From the NCBI RefSeq assembly GCF_048593235.1, contig NC_133620.1, forward strand, positions 455,605,261 through 455,669,260: a stretch of 64,000 bases of DNA, written 5' to 3'. Under the pieces are notes generated by a model. It did not search any database. It saw nothing but the letters and a program-made list of their open reading frames with translations, and was not told the origin of the DNA. This DNA comes from Sminthopsis crassicaudata. Lineage: Eukaryota. Below, one piece after another: positions 1 through 9,430 of this stretch (position 1 is its first letter; each line of letters opens with the position of its first letter). A program made the position numbers and the translations under genes.

Positions 1-57
1 CCTATCATAAGGGACCTGGTAGATGAAGTCTTCACTGTCACAGAGGATGAAATTAAG
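1..57 (+). CDS. SRR: Serine racemase, penultimate coding exon (5' part outside window)
   Basis: Frame 1 reads PIIRDLVDEVFTVTEDEIK, matching mammalian SRR (PIIRDLVDDIFTVTEDEIK); donor AAG|gtgaga at 57/58, phase 0. Confidence 0.95.
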
Positions 58-285
58 GTGAGAAACCTCAGAAATGGGGGGGGGGAGGAGGCACATGAAG
101 GCAAAAGTGCTCAACTTGGCAAAAGGCAGAGGGTTCAGGGGGACACTGGGCTTCACCCTACTGTGGGCAGAGGTGCCCAGTGCATAAAGCATGGACCCTG
201 CAGGGAAGCGATACCCTCATTAAGCTGAGCGTTAGAAGTGACCAAAAACAAGGCATCGAGATGCCCTCTTGCTCAACACAGGCTT

Positions 286-291
286 TTTATT
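286..291 (-). terminator. Probable TSR1 poly(A) signal AATAAA
   Basis: First minus-strand AATAAA after the TSR1 stop; followed by CA dinucleotides about 16 and 23 nt downstream and a U/GU-rich element TGTTTTTGGT (250-241). Confidence 0.65.
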
Positions 292-303
292 CTGGGCCCA
301 CAG

Positions 304-507
304 CATGCCACCCAGCTGGTATGGGAGAGGATGAAGCTTCTCATCGAGCCCACGGCTGCAGTGGGAGTAGCTGCTGTTCTGGGCGAACAATTCCAAAAGG
401 TGCCCGCTGTGCAAAATGTCTGCGTGGTTCTCAGCGGGGGGAATGTGGACTTGACTTCCCTGGGATGGCTGAAGCGAGCAGAGGAAACCCAGCTCCCTCC
501 GGACTGA
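304..507 (+). CDS. SRR: Serine racemase, terminal coding exon
   Basis: Acceptor cacag|CAT; reads HATQLVWERMKLLIEPTAAVGVAAVL...VVLSGGNVDLTSLGWLKRAEETQLPPD*, TGA 505-507; matches the SRR C-terminal region. Confidence 0.96.
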   Translation, partial: HATQLVWERMKLLIEPTAAVGVAAVLGEQFQKVPAVQNVCVVLSGGNVDLTSLGWLKRAEETQLPPD

Positions 508-607
508 GAGGTGTGTTGCTTTCCCCCTCCCCTCCCTTTTCTGCAGGAGCCCCAGGGGAGGAGGGCCTTGTCCCACACCCGTTTGGACCAACACATGATA
601 GAGCACC

Positions 608-783
608 TTATTCCATGTCTACTTCTAGCCCAGGGGATGTTTCCTCATTTGACCAGGGCCTGGGCTCTGGCACATAGGGATCATAAGTCCATTTGGGGAA
701 GACCCGTTTGTAGAGATTCATCAGCACTGTGTCCTGAGACTTCAGCTGTCCATCAAAAGTACACTTCATGTGGCCATGAGTAC
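608..783 (-). CDS. TSR1: TSR1 exon 15 (terminal)
   Basis: ccctag|GT; (G)[57 protein letters not shown]; TAA at 610-608. Confidence 0.96.
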
Positions 784-1078
784 CTAGGGATCAAAGAGCA
801 AGTTCCAGGAGGGGCCCCCTGAACAAGTTTCCTCTGTAAAAATGGGGATGGAGGGTGGGGCAAAGGCAGGGTGGATGACTCTCAGGTCCCCCCAGTCCTG
901 GCAACACAAGCAGGAGCTCCCAGGCAGCTCTGGAAGAAGATGCCCTGTAGCACATGGCCACTAGAGTTGCTGAGCCCGTGTTAACCCTACCCCAACCACA
1001 CGAATTGTCCAGTCATGGGTTCAACCACCAGAAATGTTGTCACTTCCAGGGACCAAGTCCTGAAGCCCAAACTCTTAC

Positions 1079-1153
1079 CAAGCGGCTCCTTGATGTGTCC
1101 TCGGCGACCCCATTTGGTTCTTAATTCCACTGGTTTAAACCATAGTACATCCT
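1079..1153 (-). CDS. TSR1: TSR1 exon 14
   Basis: cttag|AG; (E)[24 protein letters not shown](G); donor gtaaga. Confidence 0.96.
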
Positions 1154-1158
1154 CTAAG

Positions 1159-1164
1159 ATTAAA
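1159..1164 (+). terminator. Candidate SRR poly(A) signal ATTAAA
   Basis: First AATAAA/ATTAAA-type hexamer I found on + after the SRR stop; followed by CA and GTGTTTT about 15-20 nt later. Usage is inferred. Confidence 0.45.
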
Positions 1165-1737
1165 GACATCAATGAAGAAGTGTTTTAGTAGTAAGCATTG
1201 TGTCTTAAAGACCAGGCGCATGAGTACAGAATATGGGTCATGGGGGGAAGGAGGATCTTTGCACCCAAGGGAAGCAGAAAATGGGGTATGTACACCCAGC
1301 TTTGAAGGTTACTAGGGATTTTAAGTGGAACTGAGGAAGGAGGACACAAGTGGCATGGAGACCACTGAATGACTAGGAGACCCAAAGAAAACGAGCCCAT
1401 GAGCACAAGCAAGGCCCGACAAGTGAGCACCGCTGTCACCTCAGGACCCCTGATGAGAGCCACCTGAAGGCCCCAAGGTGGCTATGGAGGACTCTGAGGG
1501 AGCAGCAAGGCCTCCCAGCCCAGAATCCAACATTAGAAAGGAACAAGACAGCATCCAGCTCACCCCACCTATTGTAAGAAACCAAGGCCCCAGAGAGTGA
1601 GGGGCAGGGCCAAGGCCCAGGGCAGGATGTGCACTTCTCTCTGGGTTAACACTTTGTCAAAAGGCCCTTCAAGTTAGTCATATCATCAGTGACACCCTCC
1701 GATAGCCAAAGGCTACCGGAGTCTCCCTGAAACCTAC

Positions 1738-1878
1738 CTCTGTTAAAGAACATGTAACGGACCACAGCCATTTTGGTTAAGATCTTGAAAGGATGCCCAC
1801 TCAGTACCAGCCTCTTGATGACCATCCTATCCGGATTCACTGAGAGGAGGGACCCCGTAGCAATGAGGCTGTGCTTGC
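1738..1878 (-). CDS. TSR1: TSR1 exon 13
   Basis: actag|GC; (G)KHSLIATGSLLSVNPDRMVIKRLVLSGHPFKILTKMAVVRYMFFNR(E); donor gtaggt. Confidence 0.96.
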
Positions 1879-2223
1879 CTAGTGGATTTGGGGGACGACA
1901 CACAGTGACCCATGGAGAACAGCAGAAATAAGGCAGCCAGCCATTCACTGGCAGGGTTTCCCATTTCAGACCTTAATCCCTTCCAAAGATGAAGGTAAAC
2001 CCAGAAAGAATTGGAGCCTCTCTTGCCTGTCCTAAACCCCCCCCCCCCAAAGAGCTCTCTGCTAAGCCACCCAAGAGAAGCCCTTCTCCACAGATTCAGA
2101 CCCAGCCAGGGAGGATGCAGGTCCTTGGAGGTGACCCTTTCCTCTCTAAAAACACATTTGATGCTCACCTAGTGAAGCTCCTCCCTCAGCCCCACAGGAG
2201 GGCCTCCAGGTTCTAGCACTCAC

Positions 2224-2340
2224 CATCGGGCTTCTGTTTAAAAAGCAGCACTGAGGCTGGAGGGAAGGTGATTGGGGCATAAACAGTCACCACCAAGGCC
2301 ACATCAGGTCGAAGGAACCTCTCTGCCTTGTGCTTATCGG
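2224..2340 (-). CDS. TSR1: TSR1 exon 12
   Basis: ttccttgttag|CC; (A)DKHKAERFLRPDVALVVTVYAPITFPPASVLLFKQKPD(G); donor gtgagt. Not in the ORF track; read by hand. Confidence 0.95.
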
Positions 2341-2943
2341 CTAACAAGGAAAAAAAAAATTAAATAGCACCTGGGACTCAGAATATGAGCTTGTCCTCAG
2401 GCATTGCACTCCCCTAACTAGGGGCAGACAGCCACCCCTAATGAGTTCCTGGGGTCCTAAAGACCACCAGGCCACTTTTCTGACCACCAGCTCACCCGCT
2501 GCCCTGCTCTTGTTAGAGACCATTCCCTTCTGAGTCCTGCACTAATCACTTCCATCTTTGCCCCTGTCCCAAATGACAGTAGTTTCAAAGGTCTCATGTT
2601 ATTTCAACCAGGGAAAGAACCCTCCTCCAGATGCCCTATCCCTAGTGAGAGGTGAGGCCTTCACAGCTGGGGGCCAGGGGGACCAGGTTGGGAGGGGATG
2701 GTTTCTATCCCTGCAAGGCACTATTTTAATACCCAGAGAAAGTCACTTGACCCTAAAGTCTCAGGCTTTCCTAAGCCCGGATGAGAAGCAGTCACAGTTC
2801 ACAAGATTGTTGGAAAAGCCAAAGAGAACGCACGGCAAACACAAGGCTGCCAGTTCACGGCTATTTCCAAAGCCTGCCCAAATGGCCCAGGAGCCCAGCC
2901 CTGGCCCCCGCTCCCTTCCCCTCAAGCCATGGCGGCTATAGAC

Positions 2944-3076
2944 CTGCAGTGTGCTGGGAGTAGAGAGGTGAGGCCCGGAAGCGACGGAAGCCACAATGGA
3001 AGATCATCTCCTCTTTGGATTTCACAGGCTCCTCGTTCCCGGGGTATCTCCTCACCACCATGTTCAGCACCGACAT
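2944..3076 (-). CDS. TSR1: TSR1 exon 11
   Basis: cttatag|ATG; MSVLNMVVRRYPGNEEPVKSKEEMIFHCGFRRFRASPLYSQHTA; weak donor CAG|gtctat. Confidence 0.93.
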
Positions 3077-3401
3077 CTATAAGATCAGGAAGATATGCTG
3101 ACATGGATAGATGCTCTCGGCTCGAAATGAGCCAGTGAATAGCCCAAAGTATTGAGAGAGGGGGCAACAAGATACCCTGCCTGCCCCCCCAGGACAAATG
3201 TCCCCACTGCCCCCCCACCCTGGACATCTGAGGGCCAGGTGTGCTGAGGGAGAGGGGTGTCACTGCTAGTACCCAACCACATGCACCCCCACTCCAGCCC
3301 AGCCAATGACCAGCATGTCCCCTACCGCAGCCAGTAGACTAGACCCCAAGGTCTGTCTTTCTAAAGGCTGGGGTGCCCCACGAGAGAGCTGAGCCCCCTA
3401 A

Positions 3402-3490
3402 GGAAGAAGCCTCAGAGCCACACAGAATGCATCACTGAGATGCTTCAGACAGGTTCAGACATTTTGGCACCCACCATCACTGGCTTCTCC
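3402..3490 (-). ncRNA. SNORD91: SNORD91-family (HBII-296) C/D box snoRNA, TSR1 intron 10
   Basis: Minus strand: stem GAAGCC, C-like GTGATGG, guide AAATGTCTGAACCTG, D' CTGA, C' GTGATGC, D CTGA, stem GGCTTC. Guide is antisense to 28S rRNA CAGGUUCAGACAUUU. Human TSR1 is the known SNORD91A/B host. Confidence 0.9.
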
Positions 3491-3562
3491 ATCCTCCCGA
3501 GGAGCCCACCCATGAAAAGGAGCCCGAGGTTCCCAGCCCAGGCAAGTACAGCAGCTGCTCAC

Positions 3563-3673
3563 CTTCTGCTCATGTGGCAGCAGGGAAAATGCAACCAGAG
3601 GGGCGCCCTGCTCGAAACTCTCACCCACCGAGGCAGGAACCCCCGCCACATGCAGGGTCACATACCATCCAAC
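3563..3673 (-). CDS. TSR1: TSR1 exon 10
   Basis: ggcag|GTT; VGWYVTLHVAGVPASVGESFEQGAPLVAFSLLPHEQK; donor gtgagc. Confidence 0.95.
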
Positions 3674-3764
3674 CTGCCAAGAGAAGCCGGGCAAGCCCAG
3701 AGTGGAGCAGACCCCAACTGGAGAAGGCAGGACCCCCCTACCCCCACTAGGCCACCCCAGCCTC

Positions 3765-3845
3765 GGAGGCTTCAGGGCATCACATTGAGGCATCACCAGA
3801 ACTCAGTCAGGTTCAGACATTGCAGCCAACATCATGAGCGCCTCC
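3765..3845 (-). ncRNA. SNORD91: SNORD91-family C/D box snoRNA, TSR1 intron 9
   Basis: Minus strand: stem GGAGGC(G)CT, C-like ATGATGT, guide AATGTCTGAACCTG, D' CTGA, C' GTGATGC, D CTGA, stem AGCCTCC; same 14-nt guide as the intron 10 copy. Confidence 0.88.
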
Positions 3846-4063
3846 TCCCTAAAGCAGCACAGGCCATGACAGACCTGGGCGAGGCAGCTGGGGGTGCCAG
3901 AGGACACCAAGCATGGCCTCCAAACCTGCCAGCTGGGTGACCCTGGTTAAGTCACACCCAGCCTGCCTTAGTTTACCCATCTATGAAAAGGAACTTAAGA
4001 GACTAACACACCACTTCTAGCACTTTGCCAAGCAAACCCCAAATGCAGACACAAGCCAGATAC

Positions 4064-4226
4064 CTCAGCTCCTTCAGCTTCTTCTTCCTCAACTTCCTTA
4101 AAGATCCGTTTCCTAGTTCTGGAAAAGTCCTGAAATTGAAAGATCCGCGCATAGTCCTGGGGCAGATTTTCCTTGGGATCCCATGGGGATGTCCGGAAGC
4201 TCTTTAGGCCTCTGTACTTCTGAAAC
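4064..4226 (-). CDS. TSR1: TSR1 exon 9
   Basis: ccag|G; (R)FQKYRGLKSFRTSPWDPKENLPQDYARIFQFQDFSRTRKRIFKEVEEEEAEGAE; donor gtatct. Confidence 0.96.
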
Positions 4227-5026
4227 CTGGACACAGACATGCCAGAGAAATGAGCCAAGCCAGGAGCTTCATGGAACCTGCTGGGTCTTCTTCCTTCCCA
4301 ATCTACAGGGCCCATGGAAGGAGAACCCAAGTAAGGAAGGAACTCAAGCCAAGCTTGGCCCCCCAAAGCTCCAAGCTCACTCAGGCCAGGGCCAAAATGG
4401 CAGCTGGCCAAAAGGACACCTCACTCAAAGAGCCCCCCAAATCTCCATCCTGCTATCCGTGGAGACTTAGGCCAAGTCTTCCCTATGTAAGACAGAAAAA
4501 AGCACTTCTCCCCCAGAGGAGCCTGTAGTGGAGAAGATCCCCCTGCTGGGGCCAGTGGCCTAATCTCAGCTGGGACAACAAGCCCGTTCACTTTGGGATC
4601 CTGATCTGTCCCTCCATGAGCAGCCCGGTCTCTTCTTCCATAAAGACAGGCCCGATTCCCTTCAAGTACTGACTTCTCCAAGGAGCTCAGGCCTTTAGGC
4701 CTTCATAGAATTCACTAGGAAAGGGGCCAGAGCTAAAGGTCCTTGGGGAGGACTAGGGACACTGTCCTGGAGTTCAAGGGTCTGCCTTTGCAAGGAAGAG
4801 TCTGCACAAGCTTCTAATGGGGATTCTTTTTCCAGAAAGGGTTTAGAGTGGCCCTTCCCCTTTCATCTCGGGCTCCCAGGCTCCCTGGGCTAGAGGCTGC
4901 TGAGCAAGTTTCAAAGGCCATGCCCAGACTCAAGACCAGGAGGCTGTAGGGGCAGGTGTTCCTACCCACCATGCCAACCCTGATTCTTGCCCATCTACCA
5001 GTGCTAGGGACAAACAGCCAACTGAC

Positions 5027-5211
5027 CGGACTCTTGCTGCTACATCCCTGGGGGTGTCCACTTCATCTGGAAACATCTCATCCAGCCTTTCCTGCTTGTA
5101 TTTCTCCAGCATTTGTTCCTCGGCCTCTTTGTCGATCTTCTCATCGTACTGGTCATCCCTAACAGACTCCCCCAAGGTCACAGTCTCACATTCTTCCTCG
5201 CTCCCTTCAGC
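5027..5211 (-). CDS. TSR1: TSR1 exon 8
   Basis: tctccag|GCT; AEGSEEECETVTLGESVRDDQYDEKIDKEAEEQMLEKYKQERLDEMFPDEVDTPRDVAARV(R); donor gtcagt. Confidence 0.96.
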
Positions 5212-5718
5212 CTGGAGACAGGAGTACAAGTTTCATCTTGAACAAGCAGCCTGATCTCTGGGCTTGTGCTTCAGCAGCAGTCCTGACCTTTCCTGGATAA
5301 GCCTGAGCAAGCAACTCAAACTACCCTGTGGCAGAGAAGGCAGGGATCTAGCCGGGGGTCAGGTGAGAGCCCTCACCTCTACGAAGGGTGCTGAGAACTA
5401 CGAAAGGCTAAGTAGACGCTGATTCTCAGCCGGCCTGCCAAGGAGCCCTTCCTTGTCTGCTTTAGTGCCCACTTTCCAAAACTGTGGCTCAAAATCCCAT
5501 ATGGGGTCTTACAACATGAGGGTTGTAAAATGTTATTATCAGTAAATGTCTGGTACATTTATATTATTATGTTACATACCTGGGGTCACACAAAAATTTC
5601 TTGGGTGAAAAGGGGTTGTGAGTGGAGAATGTTTAAGAAGCCCTGGCTCGTGGCTATGCGAGCTTCAGGCCTGGCTAGGGCCTTGTCCTCAGCTGTGAAA
5701 GCAGCAGAGCTGGCTCAC

Positions 5719-5882
5719 CTCAGAATCCTCTTCCTCCACGAAATCCTCGGCCTCTGCATCCTCCTCCTCTTCCTCCTCCTCCTCACTGCTGCTGCCTTCC
5801 TCATCCACAATCCACTCAGCCTGGTAGCTGGATGTGCCCTTGGGAACTTTCTTCACCACTTTGGCTTTTTCTTTTAAAAGGG
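5719..5882 (-). CDS. TSR1: TSR1 exon 7 (acidic linker)
   Basis: tttgatag|CC; (A)LLKEKAKVVKKVPKGTSSYQAEWIVDEEGSSSEEEEEEEEDAEAEDFVEEEDSE; donor gtgagc. Confidence 0.92.
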
Positions 5883-5891
5883 CTATCAAAT

Positions 5892-6064
5892 ATATATATA
5901 TATTGTATTTAACATATACTTTAACAATTTAACATGTATTGGTTAACCTGCCATCTGGGGGGAAGGGGTAAGGGGAAGGAGGGGAAAAATTGGAACAAAA
6001 GGTTTTGTAATTTCAATGCTGAAAAATTACTTATGCATAAAATTTTTGTAAAATTTAATTTAAA
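5892..6064 (+). mobile_element. 5'-truncated marsupial L1 3' end abutting the TSR1 exon 7 acceptor
   Basis: Typical L1 3'UTR (tattgtatttaacatatac...G-rich tract...aaaattggaacaaaaggtttt) with a short A tail; 16-bp TSD 5876-5891 / 6065-6080 (13/16 identical). Confidence 0.8.
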
Positions 6065-6572
6065 AAGAAGGCTGTCAAATGAATTTGGAGTCAGGAATAA
6101 TGGGACAATTTATTCTGTTGGGTTATGCATTTCTGTTATACTTGTCTTGTTGTTCTCTTATATGGGAAAGGATTGAGAGGGGAGAAAATAAATAGTTGCT
6201 AATTAAAAAATGAAATGGAAAAAAGTTTTAAGGCAATTAAAAAAGTCTACCTAAAGTATGATCTAGCTAAGGGGGTGCTCAAAGCACTCTCACATGCAGT
6301 ACCCAAAGCAGCTCTCTCTTTAAGAAAATCTAGAAGACAAGAATAAAAGCTACTTGCAAAGAAAATTTAGTCACAGGCCTCTTTCCATGTGACACCAATA
6401 GAGCTCAGTGGCAAGAGCCCTCCCCTAACTCCATTCTTGCTCACACAGATCAAAGCTTCACTGTTCCTCCCCCTAGCCCACTCGAAGCCTGGCTGCCTAG
6501 GACCTTCATCAGAGCCAAAGGAAACTCAGGATCCCGGGAAAACAGCATGCAATGACTCCAAAGGGCACCAAC

Positions 6573-6738
6573 CCTTGGCCTCGTTCAGTTCCTCCTCTGT
6601 GGGCCACGTCTGTTCTCCCTCCATGGGGTCTGGAACCACCTCTGACTGGAGAGACTCCTGCCGAGCAGGGTCAGCTTTCACTAGAACCTTGACATCCTCC
6701 TCCATCTCAGACACACCATCGGCATCCATAGCATCAAT
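6573..6738 (-). CDS. TSR1: TSR1 exon 6
   Basis: ctcccag|ATT; IDAMDADGVSEMEEDVKVLVKADPARQESLQSEVVPDPMEGEQTWPTEEELNEAK; donor gttggt. Confidence 0.95.
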
Positions 6739-7546
6739 CTGGGAGAGAAGTGTGGTCGGCTGCTCAGTCAGGCCCTTCCCCAACCTCAGAACCAGGCTGC
6801 CCCTCATGGCGCCATCAGATTCTCTGGCTGCTCTCCCACCACTCGCCATGGGGAAGCCAACCCAGCGTGCTTTTAGCATTCATTATTAGGGGCAATTGTT
6901 GGAGCAGGGGGGTCCTAGAGTGGGAAACAGGAAGGCTGGGGTTGGGCTCATGCCCCACACGTCTACCCTCAGGCAAGTCACTTAGCCTCCTTCGGCCTGT
7001 ATTAAATGAGGATAATCACAGCACCCATTCCAGAGGTTGTTACTAGAGATCCAATGAACTCTATGTAAAGCCCTCTGCCGACCTGCCCGGATTGTAGACA
7101 TCTTCACTATCATTTTCCTAGGGGTTCACTTCACAGCAGGCTTAGGGTTCATTCTGAGCTAAACTCAATCTTGCTGAGGCAGTCCAAGACTGCAATTTTC
7201 CAGTCTCCACTTCGGCCACAGACAAGGCCGTGGGCGGAGAAGCTCTGTGTGGTTAACAGAACTTAGCTTGTCTCAAGACAAGGCAGGCAAAGACTCCCCT
7301 CCCCCACTTGCCTTTCCTACATGTGGCTGTCGCACTGTCATTTTTCAGACACATCCCACTCTCCGTGATACCAGCTACTAGCATTTGAACTTGGGTCTGG
7401 CACTCTATAAACTCTGGTACCACTTAGTCGCCACACAGACCTTCCTTAAATGCTGCTTTCCTAAAACGCAGGATTCCAAGGAGACTGCTCCTAACTTTCA
7501 ATGGCTCCCTATATCCTAACCATTGGTCAGGCTGGTTTCCACCCAC

Positions 7547-7684
7547 CAGGGGTTCTCAAACTATGGCCTATGGCCAGATGTGGCCCACTGAGGACATTTA
7601 TGTGGCCCACCAGGTTATGACAAATGGGCCGAGGGGCTGAGACACAGTGAACTGGCCCCTATTTAAAAAGTTTGAGGACCACTG
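7547..7684 (-). mobile_element. Non-autonomous hAT MITE, OC1 (OposCharlie1)/nhAT1-like
   Basis: 16-bp TIRs CAGTGGTCCTCAAACT / AGTTTGAGAACCCCTG; first 41 nt identical to the copy at 13958; TSD not clearly recognisable. Confidence 0.8.
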
Positions 7685-7907
7685 CTCCATCACTTTCTAA
7701 CACATCCTGGGCAGCACCATTGGCCCAGCCCAGCAAGCACTTATTAAGCACCTCCCATGTGCCAATGCAGATCTACAGAGTTGGCCAAAACTAATACTCT
7801 CCTTCTAGTAATGATGACCAAAAAAGATTTAAAATGACATGTGCTGCCAACTTCTTTGGGAACCAGCAGTCACCGGCAGCCACAGCCCAGTCCATGATAT
7901 CACACAC

Positions 7908-8332
7908 CTGCATTGCCATGTCCATGCCTTTGCTGGCCTTAATCACTCTGGGATTTAGAGGAAAAGGGTCTGCGGGGGCATCGATCTGCTTGATCTGAAA
8001 ATCGCCATGTCCAACAATGTGCAAGAGACGGTTTACGTTCAGAGTCTGCCCACGAACATAGCCTGACAATTTTAAGGTGCCCACCGAGCTGCTCTCTTGG
8101 CTGGGCACAAAGTCAGCAGCATGGGCAAACAAGTAGGAACGCCGGTCTCGGAAGGCCAGATGCCTTTGCTTCTGGTTAGCCAGCTGTCGAAGCAGCAGCA
8201 CGGCGTCCTGCGGGGTGTCCAAATGGAGCAGTTTGTCCCCGGGGAATCGCTTCTCTAGGACCTTGCTCAGCTTCTTCTTGGCGTCTGCTTGTTTCTTTGG
8301 GAGAAGGCTCCCAACCCCCTGGATGGCTACAG
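7908..8332 (-). CDS. TSR1: TSR1 exon 5
   Basis: tgccag|CT; (S)VAIQGVGSLLPKKQADAKKKLSK...GYVRGQTLNVNRLLHIVGHGDFQIKQIDAPADPFPLNPRVIKASKGMDMAMQ; donor gtgtgt. Confidence 0.96.
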
Positions 8333-8517
8333 CTGGCACAAGAGACAGACTGGTAGTTAGACCCCGTGGAAGCTAACTGCAATTAATGAACCACTTTCCC
8401 TACGCTGGGCCCAGAGCAGACAAGGGACTCGGGTAGATAGCCCACAAACCATGACCCTCCACCAGCACTGGGCAGGGAAACAGCCCCCTAAGAGGGTGAT
8501 GATCACAAGGCACTTAC

Positions 8518-8652
8518 AGTAGGTGGGAAGGCCTTGGGCAAAGAGGCACGAGAGACAGTAATCGCCTGTGCTGTCCCAGCCCTCCACGGGATCCAGAACA
8601 AACAGGATGCTATCGGCCACTTTGGCCAGGTCCAACACAGTGTGCAGATCCC
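8518..8652 (-). CDS. TSR1: TSR1 exon 4
   Basis: atccag|GG; (G)DLHTVLDLAKVADSILFVLDPVEGWDSTGDYCLSCLFAQGLPTY; donor gtaagt. Confidence 0.96.
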
Positions 8653-8766
8653 CTGGATTCAGAAGACAAAGGCAAGTCGGGATGAGCAGGAGGACGATGG
8701 CACTCCCCACCCCCCACGGCTGCCCGGGCCAAGCCCGCCCCAGGCTCTCCTTTGGCCTTTACCCAC

Positions 8767-8986
8767 CTGGCTGTGCTGCCGTGAAGAACCAGCGCCGTTT
8801 CAGCTGAGGGCAGAGCAGCGCAAAGCTCGGGGTCCCAGGCCGCTGCCCGGCAGCCACCGACTGCGGGTCCGAGCTCTGGAGCAGCTGCAAGGCCTGGCCC
8901 AGGGAAACGCTGGCATGCAGGGGCACCAGCAGCACCTGATGAGGCGGCCCATCCTTGCTGCCCAGGTGCCGCTTCTCCGCCAAGAC
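8767..8986 (-). CDS. TSR1: TSR1 exon 3
   Basis: ccccag|GTC; VLAEKRHLGSKDGPPHQVLLVPLH...CPQLKRRWFFTAAQP(G); donor gtgggt. Confidence 0.95.
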
Positions 8987-9326
8987 CTGGGGACGAGGAG
9001 GGGCCGCTGAGACCTTCCCGGGTGAGAAGGGGGCCCGGGCCGGGTCCCCCCTGCGCTGCCTCCCAGTTCTCCCGGAGATTGGGGGAGGGGCGGTCCAAGC
9101 CTCTTAGGGAGATCACTTTGAAAACAGTGTGGAGTTTAAAGAAAGGAGCCTGGAAACACTTCAACAGATAACAGAGGGGGGTCTGAACCCACGCAAAGGG
9201 CGGCGGAGGCAGCGCCTCGGGCGAGGCCGAAGGGAGCCTCCAGCTCCCGCCCAGCGGGGCCCGCCTGCCTCTCCCAGGGCACTGCCCCCCGGGGCCCGCG
9301 CCACCCTCCTCCCTCCCGGGCCTCAC

Positions 9327-9430
9327 CGCCTCCTTCTTCTGCTTCCGGAGCTGGTCGGCCCGGTGCCTCTGGTCCACTCGGCTAAGCGCCTTCTTCACTT
9401 TCTTGCTCAGGACTTTCACGGCCACGCGAC
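9327..9430 (-). CDS. TSR1: TSR1 exon 2
   Basis: ttgcag|GT; (G)RVAVKVLSKKVKKALSRVDQRHRADQLRKQKKEA; donor gtgagg. Confidence 0.95.

Noticed and set aside
511-822. In-frame ORF immediately after the SRR stop (possible read-through or alternative last exon via the acceptor at 546)
   Set aside because: The stop context TGA-G is not read-through-prone; the ORF is antisense to TSR1 exon 15 and resembles no protein; splicing 57 to 547 would delete conserved SRR C-terminal core residues.
7084-7100. GCCCGGAT resembling the 5' end of tRNA-Sec; TTTAGCTCAG at 7153-7162 (minus) resembling a vault RNA A box
   Set aside because: Matches do not extend beyond 8-10 nt; no cloverleaf or B box.
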